Assembly (NCBI GenBank): GCA_046757025.1
Contig: JBHHXN010000003.1
Span: 1 to 64,000 of the forward strand
Direction of reading: 5' to 3'
DNA: 64,000 nt
Source: a bacterium
GTDB taxonomy: Bacteria > Zhuqueibacterota > Zhuqueibacteria > Oceanimicrobiales > Oceanimicrobiaceae
Program-made: the position numbers and the translations under genes
Shown here: positions 18,729 through 26,419 of the stretch, in pieces
How the letters are laid out: the number at the start of each line of letters is the position of its first letter
Position numbering within the stretch: the stretch's first letter is position 1
Notes under the pieces: generated by a model
The model's input: only the letters and a program-made list of their open reading frames with translations
Database searches by the model: none
What the model was told of the DNA's origin: nothing

Positions 18729-19500
18729 TGGGTAATATTTCAAATTTTACTTCAGCGGATTTGTCCGCTGAAACGGTCACGGTTTTCTCTAGGGTGCCCA
18801 GGGCTTCATGCCAGGCGCGCACGGTGTATGTCCCTGCTGGCACACCGGCAATGGTGAATTGACCATTTTCATCGGTCACCGCATGATACGGATGGTCCAC
18901 CACCGCCACATAGGCGCTCATGTGTTCATGCACATCGCATTTAAAATAGTAAATGCCCGGTTTTTCCAGGGTCTGTGTGATCTTTTTGAGAAACTTAGGC
19001 TGAGCTTTGTTGAATATCGTGTTCTTCGGATCTAAGCCATTTCGATAAGCGTGAACGTTGTGGAGCAAAGCGTCGTTATTTAAAATCTGCAGCTCGGTAT
19101 TCACGGGCACAATTTGCACGTGCGGAATGTACTGACACCCTTGTTGATTTAACGTGGCAACGGATTTTTCTTTGGCATTTTTGCGGCCTTTCACATTCTC
19201 CACCGTGATCACGACATTTTTCAATCCGTGATTTTCTTCGGAAACGATGAACACTTCAGAATATTGAAAGGCTCGGCAAACCTGCTGGTCTTTGGTAATG
19301 GTAATCTTTTCTCTTTCCGGATACGCCTCAGGAAATCGTACCACACCGGTGATGCCGCCGCCATTCACTACGGTCGGGCCGGTTTCATTCAAGGCGGAAC
19401 CGTTTTCCCGCGACGCGCTGATTTCGAACAGCGCAAAACAAGCCAGTACGATCAGCAAACTGCGGAGAATGGTTTTATTAGAAAATCTATCAGAAATCAC
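18721..19500 (-). CDS. Periplasmic cupredoxin (type-1 copper motif) with carboxypeptidase-regulatory-like domain
   Basis: LHNVH...YYFKCDVHEHM (H..C-x2-H-x2-M) and VTDENGQFTIAGVPAGTYTVRAWHE. AAGGAG RBS before GTG 19500. Confidence 0.82.
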   Translation of the reverse strand: MISDRFSNKTILRSLLIVLACFALFEISASRENGSALNETGPTVVNGGGITGVVRFPEAYPEREKITITKDQQVCRAFQYSEVFIVSEENHGLKNVVITVENVKGRKNAKEKSVATLNQQGCQYIPHVQIVPVNTELQILNNDALLHNVHAYRNGLDPKNTIFNKAQPKFLKKITQTLEKPGIYYFKCDVHEHMSAYVAVVDHPYHAVTDENGQFTIAGVPAGTYTVRAWHEALGTLEKTVTVSADKSAEVKFEILPNE

Positions 19501-19516
19501 TTGGTTCTCCTTTTGA

Positions 19517-20530
19517 TCAATTAAATTTCCACTTACTTTTCTTAGGGGCAAACGACTTCAAATAAGCATATAAATCGCTAAATTCCGAATCATCCATATA
19601 CTTGCCATAATCCGGGCAGTAAAATGGCGGCGCGGGTTTCGACGGGTCCAACGATTTGGCAATTACTTTTCGAGAGAGACGCTCTAACAACGCTTCCTGA
19701 GTAAATTTCGCCGCCGCCTTTTTCAACGCCGGCATCATTTCGTTGGGAGCCATGTTGGGGTTTTGGATGCCTCCGCTGCCGTACTCTCCATGGCACGACC
19801 AGCAAGCAAATCGTTTAAACACCAGCTCGCCGCGCTCTTTGTCGGTATTTCCTAAAAAGAAATTAGTACGAAATTCCCACTCCTGAGAATCTTCGTTGCG
19901 CTGCCCCTTTTGGGTTTGCAAAAACGCCGCCAGCGCCTCGATGCCTTTTTCAGGAATATGAAAATTGGGCATGAAAGTGCCGGGCTTGAAAGCGGATGGA
20001 TTAGTAAGCCAGGTTTGTTCCCAACTTTCCGTTTTGCGTGCTCCAATCCAGGTTAAATCCGGCCCCACAAACCGGCCGGTGGACCCCACCCGGTGACAGG
20101 CCAGGCAATCGTAATCTTCAAACAGCTTTTCACCCTTTTCAGCCAATGAACCGTTTTGGGCCAGGATGTTGTCGGTATTCAAAGTTTTTTTCATATTAAT
20201 CAGGTAATTGACCGTCATTTCCAACTGCCGTGGGTTGAAATCAAATTTCGGCATTTTGGTGCCGGGTTTGACCTCCTGCGGATCGGCAATCCAGCGCCGA
20301 ATCCAGTCTTCTGACCGGCGATTCGCCACTTGATTCAAAATCGGGCCCACGGTGCCGCCGCGTTCGGCGATGGTATGACAGCTTGTACACTGAAACGTCT
20401 GGACGATTTCACTCTGTAAAAAAGCTTCTTGCGGTGTGCCTTTCCAGGAAGTTCCATCCGAGCCGTTTTGGGCAAATATATTGCCCCAGATTATAAAAAA
20501 TAGTAACAAATACAGGTATTTTTTTTGCAT
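19517..20530 (-). CDS. Triheme c-type cytochrome
   Basis: Signal peptide and CTSCH, CLACH, CWSCH motifs. PGTKMP and PGTFMP supply axial Met for hemes 1 and 2. Confidence 0.92.
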   Translation of the reverse strand: MQKKYLYLLLFFIIWGNIFAQNGSDGTSWKGTPQEAFLQSEIVQTFQCTSCHTIAERGGTVGPILNQVANRRSEDWIRRWIADPQEVKPGTKMPKFDFNPRQLEMTVNYLINMKKTLNTDNILAQNGSLAEKGEKLFEDYDCLACHRVGSTGRFVGPDLTWIGARKTESWEQTWLTNPSAFKPGTFMPNFHIPEKGIEALAAFLQTQKGQRNEDSQEWEFRTNFFLGNTDKERGELVFKRFACWSCHGEYGSGGIQNPNMAPNEMMPALKKAAAKFTQEALLERLSRKVIAKSLDPSKPAPPFYCPDYGKYMDDSEFSDLYAYLKSFAPKKSKWKFN

Positions 20531-20579
20531 GTTCCGTTAATTAATTTGTAGTTTTATTCGGGTAGTATTCAGCTTCATT

Positions 20580-20620
20580 CAAAGCGCGATGATGAATTTT
20601 CGTCAGAGCACCGCGCTTTG
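20580..20620. other. Intergenic stem-loop between the cytochrome genes
   Basis: caaagcgcg...cgcgctttg 9-bp inverted repeat with no U-tract on the minus strand. Confidence 0.45.
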
Positions 20621-20645
20621 TTAATTTGATTATTTTAAAAAAGAA

Positions 20646-21266
20646 TTATTTTCCGCCCATCATTTTTTTCATCATTTCTGGCACGGCGCCGACCGAAACT
20701 TTGTCGTCGTTGCTCAAGGACGTGATATAAGCAGATAAGGCTTTGAATTCTTTGCTTTTGGGATCCAAAGGCTGCGCAGCCATGAACATCATGATGCAAT
20801 TGTTCGCCATGTCACCGACGGTGATGACTGCATCGTTGGGAACTTTAAATTTGGGAAATGTGGCGGCTGCACCAACCAATGTCGGAATGGGAAGTTTGTA
20901 AGGTTTTCCAGTCAATTCGCTGGCCATGGGGGTTTCAGCTTCGCCGCCCGTAGTACCGCCGCCTGGATGACAGCTCGCACAAGCCTGACCGTTCGTGCCC
21001 AATGCTTTCTTTGAATTGAATAGCTCTTCGCCATATTTGATGGATTCATCCTGGGTTTTCTTTAAATGTGACGGCAGCTTCATCATGGCGTCTTTGCTGG
21101 ACATGAATCGATCCATATTCTTCATGGCCATGTTTTTCATCATCATTTTATGCTCTTGCGTAAGCGGTTTTGGGGTATGTTTTTTTTCTCCAGCACCTAA
21201 ATTGGCTATCATTGCCATAAATGCCAAAACCAGTACGAAAGTGATAAATAGTCTAAAGGACTTCAT
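20646..21266 (-). CDS. Monoheme c-type cytochrome resembling a single SoxA/TsdA domain, Met-rich
   Basis: AAGGAGG RBS, signal peptide, GEELF..CASCH..AATFPKF..TVGDMANNC..PLDPKSKEFKALSAYITSLS. Confidence 0.85.
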   Translation of the reverse strand: MKSFRLFITFVLVLAFMAMIANLGAGEKKHTPKPLTQEHKMMMKNMAMKNMDRFMSSKDAMMKLPSHLKKTQDESIKYGEELFNSKKALGTNGQACASCHPGGGTTGGEAETPMASELTGKPYKLPIPTLVGAAATFPKFKVPNDAVITVGDMANNCIMMFMAAQPLDPKSKEFKALSAYITSLSNDDKVSVGAVPEMMKKMMGGK

Positions 21267-21590
21267 AAGTTCCTCCTTGTTAATAAAATGATAGAATTCC
21301 ACAAAACAGGATATTCAACCTTCGGGTTGCTGTAGGTTGAAGCCCGAACACCCTTTGGTAATTTCATTTCGCAGAAGCCTAATAAATGAGTGATTCATTA
21401 ATTTAATGGGTAATGCACAATATAGTTTGAAAAGGCTCATTCACCTCCTTTCACCTTTCATAAAAGCTGAACGAAATTGGATAAAATAATTTTTAATTGA
21501 AGGCAATATTTGATTTTCAATCGTCTCACAAAATCCACAGTTAAACTGCGCTGTGTTGAGTATCGAATTTTTTAACCTCATCAAAATGTA

Positions 21591-21618
21591 GAACAAGCTA
21601 GATCTTGTAAATATTCCC
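21591..21618 (-). promoter_or_regulatory. Candidate ECF (SigR/SigH-type) promoter of the cytochrome operon
   Basis: Minus strand GGGAATA-tttacaagatctagc-TTGTTC, equal to GGAAT-N18-GTT. Boxes and spacing are identical to the site upstream of the sigma gene. Confidence 0.7.
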
Positions 21619-21724
21619 CGGCAAATAATCTAAAATTAAAAGGCGTTTCACTTTTTGCTGCAAGGAACATGGCATCTCAATGCGGAACGTGAACAGTGCA
21701 CGAGAACAATGTTCACCATTTAAC

Positions 21725-21773
21725 AAAAAAAAACCACTTTGCTCTTTCCCCAATTTCTTGAGAACAAAGTGGT
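21725..21773 (-). terminator. Intrinsic terminator after the anti-sigma gene
   Basis: accactttg/caaagtggt stem followed by a U-run on the minus strand. Confidence 0.7.
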
Positions 21774-21798
21774 ATCGAGATTCAAATGGCAGTAAAGA

Positions 21799-22461
21799 TT
21801 AAAGCAGCTTATAATTTTTTACATAAATATATCTGGCATCTTGAAATAAGATCCCCGAAATAACCGCTTTGCGTTTCAGTAAAGACTGGTCGTGCAACAG
21901 CTCTTTATTGGAATCGCTATCCAGAAAAGTCCAAACACGCTTATCAATGGTTTTGAAACCCATGCGATGAGTTTCCGGATTGTGCTGCAACTTTTCCACG
22001 TTATGCGACAGCAGCTCACAATCCATGCAGATTATTTCCCCTTGCAATTCCTCTTCGGTTTGGCTGGCAACGGACTCAACAGATTTGGAAGAGATCTTTT
22101 CCAATGAAGTGCTGACGACCTGAACAGACGGCAGGAACATGACCAGAATGATCACGGCTAGCGCCAACGACGCAGACACTGGCTGATAGACAAACAATGA
22201 ATGCAAAAGTTGCCAGAAGCCCGGCCGCTCGCCATTGCGAATTAGCTGACGCCGGATGCGTCTTTTCAGGGCAAAAGGCGCCTTGACAATCGGCAATCTC
22301 TCCTGAACTAAATCCTTCACACGCAATTCTTCACGGTAGGCGGCATGACACCGACTGCACTCATCCAAATGAATCTGCACGGCTTCGGTTTCCGATGCCG
22401 GCAGCTCGCTATCGATGAAGCCCGTGATGCGTGATGAGAAATAATAACAATCTTTTTTCAT
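21799..22461 (-). CDS. zf-HC2 membrane anti-sigma factor with C-terminal CxxC/His-rich extracytoplasmic domain
   Basis: GGAGG RBS, FIDSEL..HLDECSRC, a TM helix, then GEIICMDC..H..H..H. Confidence 0.85.
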   Translation of the reverse strand: MKKDCYYFSSRITGFIDSELPASETEAVQIHLDECSRCHAAYREELRVKDLVQERLPIVKAPFALKRRIRRQLIRNGERPGFWQLLHSLFVYQPVSASLALAVIILVMFLPSVQVVSTSLEKISSKSVESVASQTEEELQGEIICMDCELLSHNVEKLQHNPETHRMGFKTIDKRVWTFLDSDSNKELLHDQSLLKRKAVISGILFQDARYIYVKNYKLL

Positions 22462-22658
22462 TTTAAAAACCTCCATAAAACTTTTTCAACGGTAACGGAC
22501 ACCCGATGAAAATTCAAACTTCTTCATATTTAAACAAATATTAATGTTTGGATATTTCTATTTAATCGATAAATTTCAAATGTGATTATTGTGTTTACTT
22601 TCCTTTTTTCATGCATTCATCTAACTAACCACCTGTGCTGTTTGCACCTCGCTTCAGA

Positions 22659-23276
22659 TCAATTTACATCGTCGTTGGAATTTTTAATAAAGCCCCCCCG
22701 AATGGCATAATCTTTCAAATAGCTTTGTAACTGCTTGCGGCCGCGTGACAACCTCGACATGACCGTACCGACGGGGCAGTCGATAATCTTCGCAATTTCT
22801 TTGTAGGAAAAGGCTTCGATGTCGGCTAAGAGCACCACCATTCTAAACTCTTCTGACAACATTTCCAGAGCGGATTTTATTTCATCGCCGAACAACAAAT
22901 AGTAATTTGAATCATCAAACTTATCCAGCATGCGGTCGATCGGCTCTGTGCGGCTTTCGTTATCGCTGACGGTGCCGTTGACCTTTTCAAACTCCACATA
23001 GTGTGGCTGGCTGGTTTTTTTTCGATACTGGTTGATAAAAGTGTTGGTCAAAATTTTAAAGATCCAGGCTTTAAAATTGGTGCCTTTTTTAAATTTATGA
23101 AAAAATCGAAACGCCCGCACATATACATCCTGCACCAAGTCTTCGGCATCCAATTCATTTTTTGTCATCCTCAAAGCCGTGTTGTAAAGAGAATTCATGT
23201 GCTCAAAAGCCAGCTCTTGAAATTCTTTTCTTTTCAGCAGTATCAGCTTTTGATTTTCTTTGGGATGTTCAAGCAT
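22659..23276 (-). CDS. ECF sigma factor (SigR/SigH-like)
   Basis: LYNTALRMTKNELDAEDLVQD..F..GTNFKAWIFKILTNTFINQYRK and LADIEAFSYKEIA..PVGTVMSRLSRGR. Start placed at ATG 23276. Confidence 0.93.
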   Translation of the reverse strand: MLEHPKENQKLILLKRKEFQELAFEHMNSLYNTALRMTKNELDAEDLVQDVYVRAFRFFHKFKKGTNFKAWIFKILTNTFINQYRKKTSQPHYVEFEKVNGTVSDNESRTEPIDRMLDKFDDSNYYLLFGDEIKSALEMLSEEFRMVVLLADIEAFSYKEIAKIIDCPVGTVMSRLSRGRKQLQSYLKDYAIRGGFIKNSNDDVN

Positions 23277-23358
23277 GTATTCTTTAAGAATTAGTCTAAA
23301 TAGATACGGTAATAAACAACCACCCTGATAAGTCAAAATAATCAATTTTCAAATAGGG

Positions 23359-23386
23359 GAACAAACGCTATTCGGATTTTATTCCC
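23359..23386 (-). promoter_or_regulatory. Candidate autoregulatory ECF promoter
   Basis: Minus strand GGGAATA-aaatccgaatagcgt-TTGTTC (GGAAT-N18-GTT), about 80 nt upstream of the sigma ATG. Confidence 0.7.
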
Positions 23387-23390
23387 ACAT

Positions 23391-23957
23391 TTACAGATCC
23401 GATTCATCTTTCCAGTGAACGATGCGCCACTTTCCGTCTTCTGCACTTTGCTCAAAAGTAAATATCGCGGTACCGGTAATGATGAAATTTAAATCGGCGC
23501 TAAAAAGGCTGAGATTGAATCGGATGAATCTTCGTTGCGGTCGGGTGGTATCGGCAAACACGGTATTCAGCCACACCAACTCGATGACATCGAAATTACG
23601 AAACAGACGACCGGTCGTCTTCAGGTCTTCATCTCTGGCAAAAGTGATGATTTCACCGGAAGGCCCGGAGTTTGAGTCAAAATATTCAAACACAAATGCT
23701 TCATCTAACAGATCACTGTAAAGCAGGGAATCTTTGAAAGTGTAGGCAATTTTAAAATTTTGCAAAACTTCTTCTGGGGAACGTTGCTCGGTAATGACAT
23801 TGGAGAGATCGGGATTTTTATCCAGGGCGGGAGCAAAAGGATTAAAACAGTGGATATTGAGGATGAGGTAGGAAAAAATGGTAATAAAAAAAGCGTGTTC
23901 TTTGAGTAAAATTTTCGTAGGTGTGGCAGGCTGGTCAGGCGGCGCTTCATATTTCAT
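23391..23957 (-). CDS. Hypothetical lipoprotein, NTF2/SnoaL-like
   Basis: Hydrophobic stretch then C-FNPFAP, SPEEVLQNF..Y..LL..F.F and terminal WRIVHWKD. The start is uncertain. Confidence 0.65.
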   Translation of the reverse strand: MKYEAPPDQPATPTKILLKEHAFFITIFSYLILNIHCFNPFAPALDKNPDLSNVITEQRSPEEVLQNFKIAYTFKDSLLYSDLLDEAFVFEYFDSNSGPSGEIITFARDEDLKTTGRLFRNFDVIELVWLNTVFADTTRPQRRFIRFNLSLFSADLNFIITGTAIFTFEQSAEDGKWRIVHWKDESDL

Positions 23958-23982
23958 TTCAACCGGCAAAATTATGCATTCT

Positions 23983-24020
23983 AAAATAAAAATAGCGGCA
24001 CTCAAGAAAGCACCGCTATC
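23983..24020 (-). terminator. Intrinsic terminator after tonB
   Basis: atagcgg/ccgctat stem with a U-rich tail on the minus strand. Confidence 0.55.
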
Positions 24021-24043
24021 AGATTTTATCAAAAACTTGTGGA

Positions 24044-24682
24044 TTATTTCAATTTAAAAATCACGGGAATGGCGACCCAGACTCTCACCGGTTTATCGCG
24101 CTGCAAAGCGGGTTTCCATTTCACTTTTTTAATGGCAGAAACCGCGGCTTCGTCGCAGCCGCTGTGGCCGAGCGATTTCATGATACGGGTTTTCACCACT
24201 TCGCCTTTTGCAGACACTAACACCTGAACAATCACTCGTCCTTCGATGCCGGCTTTGCGGGCAATTTCAGGATATTTCAGCGCGCGTTGAATTGCTCCAA
24301 AGCCACCAATTGGGCTGGGGGCTTCATCAAATGGCACGAAAATATTCATGTCGTCATCCTCTTCCGGCGGCGCGGGCGGCGGCGGGATGTCGGTCAAATC
24401 CAATTCCGTGGTCTCAATGGTCAAGTCCTCTGGCACATCTTCGCTTTCCGTGGGAATTGGAATGGACGGTTTTGGCGGCGGCGGCGGCCTTTTAATTTGT
24501 TCCGTGGGAGGAATGTCTGCCACCTCGATTTGAATGTCTGGCGTTTCGGTCTCAGTCGCTTCTAAACTAATCGCTCTGAGCATTTGAAAAACCACCAGCA
24601 TGACAAATAATGATATGACCATGCTGAGTTCAAACACCTTGCGGTATTTGAGTTTTAAATTGGCGTCTGGATTTTTCTTCAT
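24044..24682 (-). CDS. tonB: Energy transducer TonB
   Basis: N-terminal TM, Pro-rich linker, YPEIARKAGIEGRV..W.PA..PV.F.L. Confidence 0.93.
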   Translation of the reverse strand: MKKNPDANLKLKYRKVFELSMVISLFVMLVVFQMLRAISLEATETETPDIQIEVADIPPTEQIKRPPPPPKPSIPIPTESEDVPEDLTIETTELDLTDIPPPPAPPEEDDDMNIFVPFDEAPSPIGGFGAIQRALKYPEIARKAGIEGRVIVQVLVSAKGEVVKTRIMKSLGHSGCDEAAVSAIKKVKWKPALQRDKPVRVWVAIPVIFKLK

Positions 24683-24692
24683 AACTTACACC

Positions 24693-25106
24693 TCACATTA
24701 TTGGTTTCGCCGAATAATTTATATTTAAAGCATCCGCCTCGCGCAGTTCCTCATGGATATCCGTGACTCTCCCCATTTCCGTTCCCTGATCAATTTTAAG
24801 TGACACTAATTTCAGAGGATGCATGGGATCAATACGTTTCTGATACATGATTTTGGACACATCTTTGAGATTTACAAAGCGGTCATCTATGGAAATTTGG
24901 CCGTCTTTACTCACCCATAAATAGGCAATATCTCTTTTCCCCTGCAGCTTTTCAATTTTTCTGGCACTTGGAAGCTTAATCGGAAGACCAGAAAATTCTT
25001 TAAAAACCGAAGACACCATAAAAAAAATCAAAAGCAAAAACACAATATCCGGCAAGGAAGATAAGGGGATACCGCTTTGAGCTTTTTGTTTGCTTTCAAA
25101 CTTCAA
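24693..25106 (-). CDS. exbD: Biopolymer transporter ExbD
   Basis: IPLSSLPDIVFLLLIFFMV. Confidence 0.92.
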   Translation of the reverse strand: MKFESKQKAQSGIPLSSLPDIVFLLLIFFMVSSVFKEFSGLPIKLPSARKIEKLQGKRDIAYLWVSKDGQISIDDRFVNLKDVSKIMYQKRIDPMHPLKLVSLKIDQGTEMGRVTDIHEELREADALNINYSAKPIM

Positions 25107-25121
25107 TTTTATCCCTCCTAA

Positions 25122-25523
25122 TTATTTTTCGGGTTCTGCAATGGAAATACGTGTGGCTTTTGCGATTTTGAGTTCATCCAGAGCCTGAACAAATATATCG
25201 TATTTTGTTTCTCGATCGGTTTTCACCGACACGATGAGATTCGGGTTCTCGTCTATTTTTTGACGAATAACACGATTAATTTCATTGACCGGAATTAGTT
25301 CATTGTCAAGCAAGATTTCACCCTGGGCATTGATCAATAGGTTGGTGATATTTTTTGTTCTGACTTCGGTTTCTTCGCCTTTGGCAGGCAGCGTTAAGCC
25401 GATGCCGCGATCGACGTCGATGGTAGTGGTCACCAGGAAAAATATCAGCAACAAAAAGGCAATATCTGCCAGTGAAGCCATGGGAATTTCCACCAGGCGG
25501 GTTTTCTTTTTTTCAACTAACAT
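25122..25523 (-). CDS. exbD: Biopolymer transporter ExbD
   Basis: IPMASLADIAFLLLIFFLVTT. Confidence 0.92.
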   Translation of the reverse strand: MLVEKKKTRLVEIPMASLADIAFLLLIFFLVTTTIDVDRGIGLTLPAKGEETEVRTKNITNLLINAQGEILLDNELIPVNEINRVIRQKIDENPNLIVSVKTDRETKYDIFVQALDELKIAKATRISIAEPEK

Positions 25524-25635
25524 GTTTAATTCTCCGAGGGTTGGTAAAATTCAATACCGATAAGTTTAAAATCGACTTTGTCCTAAGTTGTACAGATGAG
25601 AATAGGACGGGCTAAAGAAATGAAATAACGGAAAA

Positions 25636-26265
25636 TTAAGCTGCTTTTTTACTGCGTTCCATTTCGATAAGTGTATCGACGAAATCGACCGAGCTTTCTT
25701 CCATATCTACGATGAGCTTATCGACTCGTGAGACAAAGAAATTATTCGCAGTTTGAATGATGATCGCCACCACCAAACCGAAAAGCGTGGTTAAAAGTGC
25801 AACTGAAATTCCACCGGCAACAATGGACGGAGAAATATCATTTGCCTGTTCGATGGCCTTAAAGGCTTCGATCATACCCCAAACTGTTCCCAAAAATCCT
25901 AACATCGGTGCGATACTGACGATGGTTGAGAGCCAGACCAATCCTTTTTCCAGAAAGGCCATCTCGATGGAACCGGCGTTCATAATCGCCTTTTCCACAT
26001 GTTCAATACCACGATCCACTCTCAAAAGACCTGCATGAAATATGGAAGCGACTGGTCCGCGCGTATTAGCACACACTTCCGTTGCCGCTTGAACGCCGCC
26101 TTCATTCAGCGCTTTTTTAATGGTACTGAGAAATTTACGGGTGTTCACTGAAGCACGAGACAAGGTCCACAAGCGCTCTAAACTAATTGCAATTCCTAAA
26201 ACCAGACAAAGCAAAATTGGCCACATGAAGCCTCCACCATCGTTGAACAATTCCAAAAAATTCAT
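25636..26265 (-). CDS. exbB: MotA/TolQ/ExbB proton channel
   Basis: APMLGFLGTVWGMI..GISVALLTT.FGLVVAI. Confidence 0.93.
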   Translation of the reverse strand: MNFLELFNDGGGFMWPILLCLVLGIAISLERLWTLSRASVNTRKFLSTIKKALNEGGVQAATEVCANTRGPVASIFHAGLLRVDRGIEHVEKAIMNAGSIEMAFLEKGLVWLSTIVSIAPMLGFLGTVWGMIEAFKAIEQANDISPSIVAGGISVALLTTLFGLVVAIIIQTANNFFVSRVDKLIVDMEESSVDFVDTLIEMERSKKAA

Positions 26266-26345
26266 TACTCTTTTTCCTCCCAATAAAATTATTAATTAAG
26301 CTAAAAACACCCAAAACATTGAATTAGATTCATTTTTGTTGCAAA

Positions 26346-26374
26346 AGTATAATTAATTTTTGATTAAAAGTCAA
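26346..26374 (-). promoter_or_regulatory. Sigma-70 promoter of exbB-exbD-exbD-tonB
   Basis: TTGACT-N17-TATACT. Confidence 0.65.
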
Positions 26375-26419
26375 CATTTTTTTTATTCAGAAAAATTAAT
26401 TGCATAGGCACAATTTCCA

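Noticed and set aside
21670..21685. Sigma-54 promoter TGGCATCTCAATGC
   Set aside because: The GG-to-GC spacing is too short, and it points away from the operon.
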